From positions 64,001-128,000 of the forward strand of contig CAWCNS010000006.1 in NCBI GenBank assembly GCA_963796965.1: 64,000 nucleotides of DNA, in the 5' to 3' direction. Under the pieces are notes generated by a model, which saw only the letters and a list, made by a program, of their open reading frames with translations, was not told the origin of the DNA and did not search any database. The position numbers were made by a program, and so were the translations under genes. Positions 29,177 through 40,105 of the stretch are shown piece by piece. The stretch is from Calditrichia bacterium. Lineage in GTDB: Bacteria > Calditrichota > Calditrichia > JAJRVZ01. Position 1 is the first letter of the stretch, and the number at the start of each line of letters is the position of its first letter.

Positions 29177-31506
29177 TTGTTTAAGTATATACATCTTGTA
29201 TTAATATTGCTTTTACAATTCACATCCCTGATAGCTCAAAATGCCACTATCAGCGGATTTGTTTTTGACGCTTCAAACGGTGAATCACTTATTGGTGCAA
29301 ACTTGTATTTTGAAAAGATAATCAATGGTGCCGTTACCAACCATTCTGGCTATTATGTGATATCAGATCTCCCTCCGGGAGATTATATACTTATTTGTCA
29401 GCTACGTGGGTTTTAGAGATCATAAAGAAAAAATTTCGATTGATGAAAACGAATCTCTTAAGATTTCTATTATGTTGGATCCCTCTCTGCTTGAAACTGA
29501 AACAGTTCAGGTTTTTGCCGATTCTGAGAGGACCGCTATTCAATTATTTAGAAAAGGTGTATCGCAAATTGATCTCTCCCCAATGGAAATCACCTATCTC
29601 CCGGCGGTTGTAGAAACTGATCTTATGCGTTCACTGCAAAGTTTGCCCGGGGTATTACCAATATCAGATTATTCTTCAGAAATTTATGTACGTGGCGGTA
29701 CTTCTGATCAAAATCTCTTTTTAGTTGATGGCGCGGATGTATACAATCCTGAACATGCTTTTGGACTTTTTTCCACGTTTAACACAGATGCGATAAAGGA
29801 TATTGAAATCTCCAAAGGAGGATTCAGTGCTGATTACGGTGGTCGGCTTTCGTCCGTACTCGATGTAACCAATCTTGATGGTAACCGAAATAATTTTGAA
29901 GGTACTGCAGAGGTCAGTCTCTTATCAGCGAAAGCAACAGTTCAACTTCCTATGTGGAAATTCGGCTCTATTTCTGCCTCCTATAGGCGCACCTATATTG
30001 GTGAAACTGCTAAACTATTTGTAGAAGATATTCCTGATTATTATTTCTATGACGGGCATGTTAAAGCATTTTTTGATATTGACGCTGACAATAAACTAAC
30101 TTTTAGTGTTTATAATGGCCGGGATGATTTAAATTACAATTTTAACTCTGAAGAGAAAGATGCCCCCACGCTTCATTACGATTGGGGCAATACAACCGGC
30201 AGTCTGCGCTGGACCCACGTTTTTAATCCCTACTTTTTTTCAAATTTCTGGATCACCGCCAGCCATTTTTCATCCATATTTGAAGTAACAGAAGCAAATG
30301 TCGAGGAGAAGAATGATCTTTCCGATGTCAGTTTTAAGGGACAATTTGAATATTATCTATCACAAAACTTAAGTACAAAATTCGGGTTTGAATTTAAAGA
30401 CCTTGATACCATATTAGAGCAGGATTCGCCCGGCGGTATTATTGATGTAAAACGAAACCGCCGTTTTTATATGGGATACGCTTCACTCCTCTGGAGTCCA
30501 ACTATTCGATGGAATCTTGAAACAGGCCTGCGATATAATTTTTTTAAAGCTGACCGGGATTTAAATGATTGGGCCCCTAGAATTGCCGCTAAATATCGAC
30601 TGACGGAGACAATCAATTTGAAAGCAGCATTTGGCACTTATTATCAGTATCTGCATAAAATTCAACGACCTTTTATTGCTGATATCTGGACCACATCTGA
30701 TCAATATTATGACCGTTCAAAATCTCTCCATTATATTCTTGGTTTTCAGAAAGAGTTAGCAGCTAACTTTAGCTTGGAAATTGAAGGGTATTACAAAAGA
30801 CTATCAAAATCTCTATAAACTTAAACATTATTTTCTTGATTTTGCACCCACAGGATATGATAGCCGGGGACGTCCGATTTATACAGAAACCAATGGATTA
30901 TTTGACCGGGGTGATGGAAAATCATTGGGGCTCGAATTTTTACTCCGGAAAAGATTTGGTTCAGTGAATGGCTGGATTGCTTATTCTTTCGCACAAACAG
31001 AATATGTTTTTGATGATATAAACCAGGAAAATGGTTTTCCCCCTCGTCATGATCGTACCCATGTTATTAATGCGATCATGAATATTGATATCAAAAATGC
31101 CTTACGTGAGTGGCGTGGACAACCCATTCAATCGGATGAAAAAAAATGGCTTTTTGGGATGAATTTTGTTTATACATCCGGTCAACCAATCACCTTAACC
31201 AGTTCAACCTATTCATCCACAAATATTCCAGACCAGGATTATACACAATTATTTCTATACCCAGCAGCAACAAACAGTTTTCGTCTTCCATATTATAGCC
31301 GCCTGGATTTAAGTCTGACTTATAAAATAATGTATGACGGTTGGTCAATGGCGCCGTTCTTACAAATCTATAATATAGGAAATCGTGAGAATGTCTGGTT
31401 CATTGAATATGACAGCGAAGAGAAGGAAAATGTTATAAATCAAACTGTTGAGACAACAGATATGTTTCCAATACTACCTACAATTGGAATAAAATTTGAA
31501 TTTTAA
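29177..31506 (+). CDS. TonB-dependent outer-membrane receptor (CarboxypepD_reg + plug + barrel), frameshifted near 29402 and 30795
   Basis: ISGFVFDASNGESLIGAN; LQSLPGV, YVRGGTSDQN, YGGRLSSV plug; RLPYYSRLDLS; C-terminal Phe. Confidence 0.9.
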
Positions 31507-31524
31507 CTGATGGTGTTACTATAG

Positions 31525-32460
31525 ATGAAAATTATACTTAAGATTTATATAAGAATACTTCTCTTAATTATACTTGTAACGGGTGGATTTCTTCTGTTTT
31601 CTTGTGGAAAAACTACCATTACAATTGATGAGAGTACTTATGAACCAAAGATCGTAATTATCGGCTATATTTATCCCCATACACCGGTAACAAACATCAA
31701 AATAACCCGTAATTTTGCAATCGGAACGATCATTGAAAAAGATGAGGTTCCTCTTCGCGATGCCAATGTCCAAATCAAAGACTTCGTAAAGGATACGATC
31801 TATACATTAGTATACAATGATTTGAAATCTTGCTTTGAGTACCCGGGAGATGATCTTTATATCGATTATGGCAACAGTTATGAAATACGAGTAAATGCGT
31901 CTATTGATGGCCAGAATCTGGCTGCCAGTTCAGTAACAACCATACCGGAACAGGGGTTATTAATCAACCGTGAAGAATCTATTTACGGTGACTTATTTTA
32001 CCGTCAGAAGGATGAGTCCGGAACGGCTATAGCGCCCCGTGTGGCATACGAACAATCTCCGGATGCAGCATTTTATCTGCTTTCCATTAGCTCAACAGAG
32101 GCCAGTCAAGAAACTTTTGTCTACGAAAATCCTTTTGGATTTGATATCCAGGATGCTTTGGATGGTGGGGCTAAGATTGAAGATTTTCAATATCGGGCCA
32201 GATGGACGCGACCGGAAAATACAGGTGATGGGTATTCTGTGATTGAAATCAACTGGTTTCAAATATGGTTTTATGGTCCCTACCGTCTACTCCTCTACGC
32301 AGGCGATGAGAATTTTTATCATTTCTACAACACCCATCGTAATGTACAGGATATCGATGGTAATTTGCATGAACCCGTTTTTGATATTGATGGTGACGGA
32401 ATAGGCGTTTTTGGATCTGCTGTTGTCGATACTCTTTATCTAAATGTATTACAAAATTAA
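31525..32460 (+). CDS. DUF4249-like lipoprotein partner of the TonB-dependent receptor
   Basis: Lipobox LFSC; EPKIVIIGYI; C-terminal IDGDGIGVFGS. Confidence 0.75.
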   Translation: MKIILKIYIRILLLIILVTGGFLLFSCGKTTITIDESTYEPKIVIIGYIYPHTPVTNIKITRNFAIGTIIEKDEVPLRDANVQIKDFVKDTIYTLVYNDLKSCFEYPGDDLYIDYGNSYEIRVNASIDGQNLAASSVTTIPEQGLLINREESIYGDLFYRQKDESGTAIAPRVAYEQSPDAAFYLLSISSTEASQETFVYENPFGFDIQDALDGGAKIEDFQYRARWTRPENTGDGYSVIEINWFQIWFYGPYRLLLYAGDENFYHFYNTHRNVQDIDGNLHEPVFDIDGDGIGVFGSAVVDTLYLNVLQN

Positions 32461-32484
32461 ACTTTTGACAGAATTCTCTTTTCC

Positions 32485-32512
32485 GGAATATAATCGGGAA
32501 AACGTTGTCTAA
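32485..32512 (+). promoter_or_regulatory. Putative ECF-sigma promoter, copy 3
   Basis: GGAATA-taatcgggaaaacg-TTGTCTAA upstream of the ABC/RND operon. Confidence 0.75.
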
Positions 32513-32714
32513 TTATCTATCAGGACTTTTTTATTAGCCACAGAGCGCATAAAGTTAATCCTGTGGTTTTAAATTTGGTATTATAAAAATTATACACTTT
32601 TTTTGAAAAGAAGTATCGTTATATATAATAGAAGAATTATACTCTATGTCTTCTGTTCTAAACGATACATTCATTATTCAATACTGAATTATAACTATCT
32701 GAAAGGAAAGAATA

Positions 32715-33092
32715 ATGCGTAGAAATACCATTTTTAATTTACTACTTTTTGTTTTCTGTCTGTCATTATTTAGTTGTTCTGATGATGATAACAGACGTCG
32801 TCAACGCCGATCACCGGCAGAACAAGCCAAAGCACTTCAGGAAGAATTAGATCTTACAGAAGATCAGACCCAGAAAATACAACAAATCTTTACCGAAAAT
32901 AGTGAAGAGATGAAGAAAGTACGGGAAAACTTTGATGGCGATCGCAGCCAGATGCGCCAGACTTTTATGGAATATCGGGAAAAAGTAAATCAACAAATTG
33001 AAGAGATCCTTAATGATAAGCAAAGAGAAAAATTTCAAGAATATCAGGAAGAACAGCAGGAAAGAAGGCGTGAGCGGATGAGAGATAGATAG
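32715..33092 (+). CDS. Small LTxxQ-motif (Spy/CpxP-like) lipoprotein
   Basis: Lipobox LFSC; LDLTEDQ and ILNDKQ motifs; highly charged helices. Confidence 0.75.
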   Translation: MRRNTIFNLLLFVFCLSLFSCSDDDNRRRQRRSPAEQAKALQEELDLTEDQTQKIQQIFTENSEEMKKVRENFDGDRSQMRQTFMEYREKVNQQIEEILNDKQREKFQEYQEEQQERRRERMRDR

Positions 33093-33110
33093 AATAAAAG
33101 AGTCTACTCA

Positions 33111-34034
33111 ATGAACATTCAAATTAATAACCTTTCCAAGGTATATTCGGGTCAAAAGCATGCTCTAAATAATATTAGTCTTGATATTGGCAGCGGCTTA
33201 TTTGGTTTGCTTGGACCAAACGGTGCCGGTAAAACAACCCTGATGAGGATCTTAGTGACACTATTGAAACCTTCTCAGGGTAAAGTTTTTGTCAATGGCC
33301 TGGACCTTCAAAAAGATCGCAAACAAATTCGTAAAATGCTTGGTTATCTTCCCCAGGAATTCAGTACTTTTCCAAAAATAAAAACATGGGAATTTCTGGA
33401 TTATAATGCCCGATTGGCTGGGTTAAAGGGATCCAAAGAAAGAGGCATCGCTGTCGATAATATGTTGGAAAAAGTAGCCCTCGATGATGTACGTGACCGG
33501 TTGGCTAATAAACTTTCAGGAGGAATGAAACGCCGGCTTGGTATTGCTCAAGCCTTGATTGGTGATCCAAAGATTCTCATTGTCGATGAACCAACTACCG
33601 GCCTTGATCCTGAGGAACGTATTCGTTTTAGAAATATTCTTGCCGATTTAGGACAGGAAGAGCGTATAATTATTCTCTCCACCCATATTGTTGGCGACAT
33701 ATCAAGTACCTGTAGTAATATGGCATTGCTTCTGGATGGAGAAGTTGCCTTTAACGGTGCACCGGAATCGCTTGTCAACCAGGCCACAAATCATGTGTTT
33801 CAAATTGATGTTCAGGACAATGATCTGGAGAGCCTTAAAGAAGACTATTCAATTATTTCCACAATCCCGTCAGAATTCGGCTGGAGAGTTCAGATTGTAG
33901 CTGATCATTTTGATAAATATAATGCCATCAAAATCGAACCGAACCTGGAACATGCCTATGTTTATTTTGTTGAGATTCAGGAAGGTAAAGAAATAGAGGA
34001 AGCTGATGCATTACATAATAATCTTTTGGATTAG
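33111..34034 (+). CDS. ABC transporter ATP-binding protein (ABC-2/DrrA-like)
   Basis: GPNGAGKTT, LSGGM, ILIVDEPTTGLD, STH. Confidence 0.95.
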   Translation: MNIQINNLSKVYSGQKHALNNISLDIGSGLFGLLGPNGAGKTTLMRILVTLLKPSQGKVFVNGLDLQKDRKQIRKMLGYLPQEFSTFPKIKTWEFLDYNARLAGLKGSKERGIAVDNMLEKVALDDVRDRLANKLSGGMKRRLGIAQALIGDPKILIVDEPTTGLDPEERIRFRNILADLGQEERIIILSTHIVGDISSTCSNMALLLDGEVAFNGAPESLVNQATNHVFQIDVQDNDLESLKEDYSIISTIPSEFGWRVQIVADHFDKYNAIKIEPNLEHAYVYFVEIQEGKEIEEADALHNNLLD

Positions 34035-34039
34035 GAATA

Positions 34040-37000
34040 ATGTTCGATATACTCCAATTGGATAAAATTTGGGCAAACGCCCGTTATGAGATGATGACTT
34101 TAAGACGGGGTTGGTTTTTCCGTATTTTTGCCGGTCTTGCAATTGCGATCTTAACATTGGTTAACGTCATATTCTTCAGCCGCGCGACCAATGTTCCCCG
34201 GATGTTTTATGCCCTCTCTGCTTCTTCCCCCTATTTCAACATGTTAATGTTAAATCTCGCTCAAATTGTTGCTATTGCCCTGCTTACTTCCGACCTGTTC
34301 AAACGAGATAAAAGGATTAATACTACTGATGTCTATTATATTCGGCCAATGACCAATGCAGCCTATATCACTGGCAAATTAATTGGCATCCTGATTGTAT
34401 TCGGTTTACTGAATCTTTTCACCCTGGTAGTTGCCGCAGTAATTCAATATGCTTTTGGTGACACCAATTTTAATATAATACCTTATTTGTGGTATGGTAT
34501 TCTGATCCCCTTACCTGCATTCATCTTTGTAACCGGCCTTTCTTTTTTATTGATCCGAATCGTTAAGAATCAGGCAATTGTCGTATTGCTTGTTCTTGGG
34601 TATTTCGCAGCAGTTATTTTTTTTCTAAGTGATCAATGGTATTTTGTTTTTGACTTCCCCGCCATACAACTCCCCATGATCTATTCAGATTTTTTTGGTA
34701 TCCCAAATTTAAATGCAATTTTACTACAAAGAGGATTGTATTTAATACTTGGTTTAATTTTCATACTTTTAGCTATTTTATTCTTTACACGCCTACCTCA
34801 ATCAGTGACGTTAAAAAGAATTATCAAGATAACGATCATACTGCTCTTTTTCTCCTCTCTACTAATGGGTTACCAGTATTTGCACATTCATTTCGAGAAA
34901 GAAACACTTCGTAAACATATGATATTGCTCAACGACGTGTATAGAGAGAAACCAAATATCAGCATTGATAAGTGCCGGATTGAGATGGAACATCTTGGTC
35001 ACGAGATTGAAGTTAATTCTCATTTAGCAATTAGCAACCAATATTCCCAAAAATTAAGCACAGTCTTTTTCACGCTCAATCCCCTATTAATCGTCTCCTC
35101 CGTGAGAATGAATAATCAGGAATTGAATTTTAAACAGAACATCCATCTTTTGGAAATTGATCTGACTCATCCGATTTTCCCTGGCCAAAGAGATTCGATT
35201 CGAATTGACTACAAAGGAAAAATCGATGATGCTGTTTGCTATCTGGATATAAACGATGAGCAGTATAAAAGTACTTATAATATTTGGGCTCTTCAGATAG
35301 CTAAGAAATATGCCATTCTGGAACCGGAATATGTATTGTTATCACCGGAGTCCATGTGGTACCCAAAAACTAATATCCCCTATCAGGCCGGCGAACTCAA
35401 ACAAAACGAAGGGATGTTTACCGAATATCAATTAACCATAAAATGCCTAGAGGATTTGACCACTATTACACAGGGGGCATCAACAATAATTTCATCTGGC
35501 CATATTTCATATATACCTGAACAGCCACTCCTTGGGATTTCGCTTATTATAGGCCAGTATGAAAAACGAACTATTGATGTGGACAGTATTGCGTATAGCC
35601 TTTATATCCATCCCGATCATAATTATTTTGATGAATACTTTGTAAATATAGGTGATACATTAAGTACTGTTTTAAAAGAAACCCAGGAAATATACGAAGT
35701 AAAGCTAAATCTCACGTATCCGTTTCGGCGAATGAGTCTTGTCGAGGTGCCTATCCCCTTTTATACCTATTCCCGGGTAAAAACGATTGCACGTGAACTT
35801 ATTCAGCCCGAACAGATTTGGCTGCCTGAGAATGCTGCCTTCTTGAGATCTGCCGATTTTCGTTCTATCAATTCTTACATGGAAAGAAGATTGGACAGAT
35901 CAAATCAGACCCTCACAAATATAGAATCAGAGACCTCCCTATTGAACCAATTTATACATTCTACATTTTTGGGGGAGTTTTCCTTTTTCGGAAGAATGGG
36001 TGGCCCCGATCTTGTTTATCAGCCAGATTTTAATCCTTTCCCAAATTTTTATACATACTCAAATTATGTTTACTCGAAACGATGGCCAATGTTGAATACA
36101 GCTCTCGAGGCTTATTTATATAATCGGGTACAAAACTCTGATTCAGATCCTCGGACATCAATGTTTACTGACGGGCTAACTGAGACAGAAGAAGTGAGTC
36201 AAAAATTAACAAAGAATAGCCTGGTCGAACTCTTTAACTCCGATGAAGAAAACACCTTACTTTCAGCAATTGTGAAAGCAAAGGGCTCCTATCTGTTTAA
36301 AGCATTGCAACGAGACCTTAAAATCCCTGATTTTGATCAGAACCTAAAAACAGCCATTGAATCCAATCGCTTTAAGTTCATATCTGATAAAGAATTATTA
36401 TCAAATATGAAGAGTGAATCTCTCACCGGGATAGATTCCCTCCTTGAGGAATGGTATTATGCCAAACAGCTTCCGGGATTTATTGTGAACGATGTACGTC
36501 TATTTAAGGTTATTGATAACAACCGGATGCGTTATCAGATATTATTCAAAATAATAAATGCAGAAGATGTTCAGGGATTGATCGAAGTACAATTTCAATT
36601 TGGAAGATTTGGCAGAGGTATGATGGGTGATCCATCTACAACAGAAGAACCAACACGTCTTTTCGAGATAGGTGCAGGAGAATCAAAGGAGATTGGAATT
36701 GTATTAGATACTGAGCCAAGATCACTAAATATAAATTTTCAAATCGCCTGGAATATTCCAATCATATACTCGAAGCAATTTGAAAAAGCGGAGTTAGTTG
36801 AACGATATTCTCCTTTTGATGGAGAACGTATCAATGATCATGTATTAGACCTCGGGATATCAAATGAAATTGTTATAGATAATGAGGATGAAGGATTTAT
36901 CGTATACAATCCTCCTTTTCAAAGTTTTTTAAAAAGGTTGATCCATGGGGATGAAATTATCCAGGAAAATACCTTTCAAAGATTTACTTCGTGGAACCCA

Positions 37001-37402
37001 GCCAGCCAATGGGCTCTGGTAAAGAATGGCTCTTTTTATGGCAAATATATTCATTCAGCCTATTATATAAGATCCGGGGATGGAGAAAAATTTGTCTCTT
37101 GGCAAACCAATTTACCTGCTGAGGGACTTTATGATGTTTATGCCTATATGTTTGACAAGCGGGCATTTTGGCGGAGAAGAAGAGGCCGTTCGGGTGGGAA
37201 TTCAACTTTTGGAGATTTTACCTACATTATTCATCATGATAATGGTGATGACTTGGTAACATTTGATGCACAAAATGCTGCCGATGGCTGGCATTTCTTA
37301 GGTACTTACTTTTTCTCAAAAGGTAATGCTAAAATCGAATTAACAAATCAATCAAATGGTAGGGTTGTTGTAGCAGACGCAGTTAAATTGGTAGCGAACT
37401 AA
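34040..37402 (+). CDS. ABC-2-type permease fused to a large extracytoplasmic M1-like region lacking HEXXH and a C-terminal golvesin/xanthan-lyase-CTD-like domain
   Basis: About 7 N-terminal TMs; no HEXXH in the translation; C-terminal WQTNLP.EGLYDVYAY...GWHFLGTYFF...VVVADAVKLV. Confidence 0.7.
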   Translation: MFDILQLDKIWANARYEMMTLRRGWFFRIFAGLAIAILTLVNVIFFSRATNVPRMFYALSASSPYFNMLMLNLAQIVAIALLTSDLFKRDKRINTTDVYYIRPMTNAAYITGKLIGILIVFGLLNLFTLVVAAVIQYAFGDTNFNIIPYLWYGILIPLPAFIFVTGLSFLLIRIVKNQAIVVLLVLGYFAAVIFFLSDQWYFVFDFPAIQLPMIYSDFFGIPNLNAILLQRGLYLILGLIFILLAILFFTRLPQSVTLKRIIKITIILLFFSSLLMGYQYLHIHFEKETLRKHMILLNDVYREKPNISIDKCRIEMEHLGHEIEVNSHLAISNQYSQKLSTVFFTLNPLLIVSSVRMNNQELNFKQNIHLLEIDLTHPIFPGQRDSIRIDYKGKIDDAVCYLDINDEQYKSTYNIWALQIAKKYAILEPEYVLLSPESMWYPKTNIPYQAGELKQNEGMFTEYQLTIKCLEDLTTITQGASTIISSGHISYIPEQPLLGISLIIGQYEKRTIDVDSIAYSLYIHPDHNYFDEYFVNIGDTLSTVLKETQEIYEVKLNLTYPFRRMSLVEVPIPFYTYSRVKTIARELIQPEQIWLPENAAFLRSADFRSINSYMERRLDRSNQTLTNIESETSLLNQFIHSTFLGEFSFFGRMGGPDLVYQPDFNPFPNFYTYSNYVYSKRWPMLNTALEAYLYNRVQNSDSDPRTSMFTDGLTETEEVSQKLTKNSLVELFNSDEENTLLSAIVKAKGSYLFKALQRDLKIPDFDQNLKTAIESNRFKFISDKELLSNMKSESLTGIDSLLEEWYYAKQLPGFIVNDVRLFKVIDNNRMRYQILFKIINAEDVQGLIEVQFQFGRFGRGMMGDPSTTEEPTRLFEIGAGESKEIGIVLDTEPRSLNINFQIAWNIPIIYSKQFEKAELVERYSPFDGERINDHVLDLGISNEIVIDNEDEGFIVYNPPFQSFLKRLIHGDEIIQENTFQRFTSWNPASQWALVKNGSFYGKYIHSAYYIRSGDGEKFVSWQTNLPAEGLYDVYAYMFDKRAFWRRRRGRSGGNSTFGDFTYIIHHDNGDDLVTFDAQNAADGWHFLGTYFFSKGNAKIELTNQSNGRVVVADAVKLVAN

Positions 37403-37493
37403 AGTAATCAGTTTATGATTGTCCGGGATTGAACTCCTCCGACAATTATCTGATATAAATAGAAGGTTTTATTTAATCACAGGATATACAATA

Positions 37494-38987
37494 ATGAAAA
37501 AATTGAGACTTAATTTTCTTCTCTTCACCTCGATTATTCTGATAAATTTCACATTTCCTCACTTGACCCTGGCCCAGATACAGGCGTATAATTTTGAAGA
37601 TGCCTTCGAAATTGCGAAGGAAAACAGTCCGGATATTCAACAAGCCCGTTTATCATTGGATCGTAGTCAGGAATTGCTCGATGCTGAACGAGCCTCATTA
37701 AAATCTCAATTTAGTCTGAATATCGAACCCTTTGGCTATTACCATAACCGTGAGTTTAATCCATTTTTTAACACATGGAATACGACCGAATTAAAAAACT
37801 CTTCAATTCTGTTTCAGATAGCACAACCGATACTATTCACTGATGGTACTCTCGCCTTACGCAACAGATCAGCCTGGCAGGATGCCTACAGTGAGTTTCA
37901 GGGCGGGGGGAATACCGAATCTTTTAGTAACAATCTTTATCTCGCATATGATCAACCAATATTTACCTATAACCGACTAAAGCTTGCATTAGATGAGGTA
38001 AAACTCGACAACGAAAACGCATTATTAAATTACCGAATTCGTGAACTTCTGCTTGAGCGTCTTGTTGCTCAGAGTTTTTATCTTGCTTACCAAAACACAA
38101 TGAGTCTGATGATCGCTCGGGAAGATTTTAAAAACAGAGAACAAAGTTATCTTATTATAAAGAATAAAGTGGATGCCGGACTTGTAGCCAAAGAGGAGCT
38201 TCTGCAAGCAGAATTGGATATGACAAGCAGCAAATCCGAGGTTCAAAATCAGCAGGTATCACTAGATAATTCACTTGATGAGCTCAAAAATCTAATTGGT
38301 GTGTCTTTATTTGATGATATTAATGTGGTTGCAGATATTACCATGGACTCGGTCACCGTAGATTTACAACAGGCCCTGGAGCATGGGATAACTTATCGCT
38401 ATGAATTAAGGGAAAGAAACATCGACATTGAATTAGCACATAATAATTTGGTTCGGTCATCAGCAATTAATGAATTCCGTGGTAACCTTTCGCTATCCTA
38501 TGGTATAATTGGAACCAATACCAAACTTCCTAATATTTATGATTCTCCAACTCAGAACCAGGAGGTAAGGCTGTCATTTGATATTCCACTTTGGGATTGG
38601 GGTGAGAGAAATTCGAGAATTAAGGCCTCACAGGTCACCATTGATAAATCTAAAGTATCCTATGAACAACAGAAAAACAGTATAATTATTAGCATTCGTC
38701 AGGCTTACCGTAGTCTTCAGAATCAGGTTATTCAGGTAGAACTACAACGCCAAAACGTAAGAACGGCCCAATTAACTTATGAAATCAATCTGGAACGCTA
38801 TAGAAATGGGGATTTAACAAGTATGGATTTAAATCTTGTCCAGAACCAGTTATCCCAGAGTCAAATGGGTTTGATAAATGCCATGATAAGTTATAAGATG
38901 GCCTTGATTGATTTAAAAATAGAATCATTATGGGATTTTGAAAAGAATGAACCCGTTGTCATATTCGATGCTGAAGAAGATAACTAG
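37494..38987 (+). CDS. TolC-family outer-membrane efflux protein
   Basis: Signal peptide from ATG 37494; IPLWDWG, ERYRNG and coiled-coil repeats. Confidence 0.9.
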   Translation: MKKLRLNFLLFTSIILINFTFPHLTLAQIQAYNFEDAFEIAKENSPDIQQARLSLDRSQELLDAERASLKSQFSLNIEPFGYYHNREFNPFFNTWNTTELKNSSILFQIAQPILFTDGTLALRNRSAWQDAYSEFQGGGNTESFSNNLYLAYDQPIFTYNRLKLALDEVKLDNENALLNYRIRELLLERLVAQSFYLAYQNTMSLMIAREDFKNREQSYLIIKNKVDAGLVAKEELLQAELDMTSSKSEVQNQQVSLDNSLDELKNLIGVSLFDDINVVADITMDSVTVDLQQALEHGITYRYELRERNIDIELAHNNLVRSSAINEFRGNLSLSYGIIGTNTKLPNIYDSPTQNQEVRLSFDIPLWDWGERNSRIKASQVTIDKSKVSYEQQKNSIIISIRQAYRSLQNQVIQVELQRQNVRTAQLTYEINLERYRNGDLTSMDLNLVQNQLSQSQMGLINAMISYKMALIDLKIESLWDFEKNEPVVIFDAEEDN

Positions 38988-39037
38988 GTATTTATCCCGT
39001 TATTACATTATGATTTTAAAAACAAAGGAGTTCGATT

Positions 39038-40087
39038 GTGAAACAAGCATTTTTTCTGATACTACTAACACTTTTGTTAGTCTCCTGTCAGAGTGGTGAT
39101 CAGAGCCGTGACCTGGAAATTAGCATTCCTGTTAGTATTACAGATATAAAACCCGGCTCAATTGAGGAATTTATTGCCACCACGGCTAGTATTAATGCCA
39201 CCAAAAATGTAATTCTTAGATCAGAGATAGAAGGTATCTATCGTTTGGCAAAGAATCCGAAAACCGGTAAGCCATATGCACCGGGAGATTTTGTGCGACC
39301 AGGAAACGTGATCATTCATCTGGATAATCCTGAGTTTGAAAATAATATTGGCCTAGAATCGCAACAATTGAACCTGGATATCTCAAAACGTGAATTTGAG
39401 AAACAGGAATCTCTGTATGAAAAAGGTGGTGTCACATTACGCGAACTAAAAAATTCAGAAAAAGCTTATATGGACGCAGGGAATGTTCATGAAAATGCTA
39501 TAATTCAATTAAAAAAGTTAAGCATTTCCGCCCCATTTGGGGGTACTATTGTTGATCTCCCTTACTACACGACTGGAACAAAGGTACCCACAAATCAGAA
39601 TATGGTTCAGTTAATGGATTATTCAAAACTTTATGCTGAAGTAAATTATCCGTCCAAAGAGCTTAACCGGATCAGAGTAAGCCAGAAAATTCGTATTACC
39701 CATCATAGTGCAACAAAAGATACTCTAGAAGGATATGTTGCACAGGTATCACCCGCGTTGAATCCGGAGACACGCTCATTCGAAGCTACCCTTCATATTG
39801 ATAATTCCAAACATATTCTGCGCCCTGGGATGTTCGTAAAAGTTGAAACAATCGTCGCAAGACACGATAGTATCATCGTTATACCAAAAGAAATCATTTT
39901 ATCAAAACGTCGTGGTAAAACAGTATTTGTTGTTGATAAAGGTGCTGCTTTTGAACGAGTTATTAGCATTGGTTTAGAAAATGAATATGAGGTGGAAGTC
40001 ATTGAGGGTTTAAAACAAGGCGATAAATTAGTAACCAAGGGATTTGAAACGTTAAGAAATCGTTCCCGGGTCAAGATTGTACGCTAA
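39038..40087 (+). CDS. RND periplasmic adaptor (membrane fusion) lipoprotein
   Basis: Lipobox LVSC; ISAPFGG, LRPGMFV, EVIEGLKQGD. Confidence 0.92.
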   Translation: MKQAFFLILLTLLLVSCQSGDQSRDLEISIPVSITDIKPGSIEEFIATTASINATKNVILRSEIEGIYRLAKNPKTGKPYAPGDFVRPGNVIIHLDNPEFENNIGLESQQLNLDISKREFEKQESLYEKGGVTLRELKNSEKAYMDAGNVHENAIIQLKKLSISAPFGGTIVDLPYYTTGTKVPTNQNMVQLMDYSKLYAEVNYPSKELNRIRVSQKIRITHHSATKDTLEGYVAQVSPALNPETRSFEATLHIDNSKHILRPGMFVKVETIVARHDSIIVIPKEIILSKRRGKTVFVVDKGAAFERVISIGLENEYEVEVIEGLKQGDKLVTKGFETLRNRSRVKIVR

Positions 40088-40105
40088 AGAAAGATCATTA
40101 GAGCA

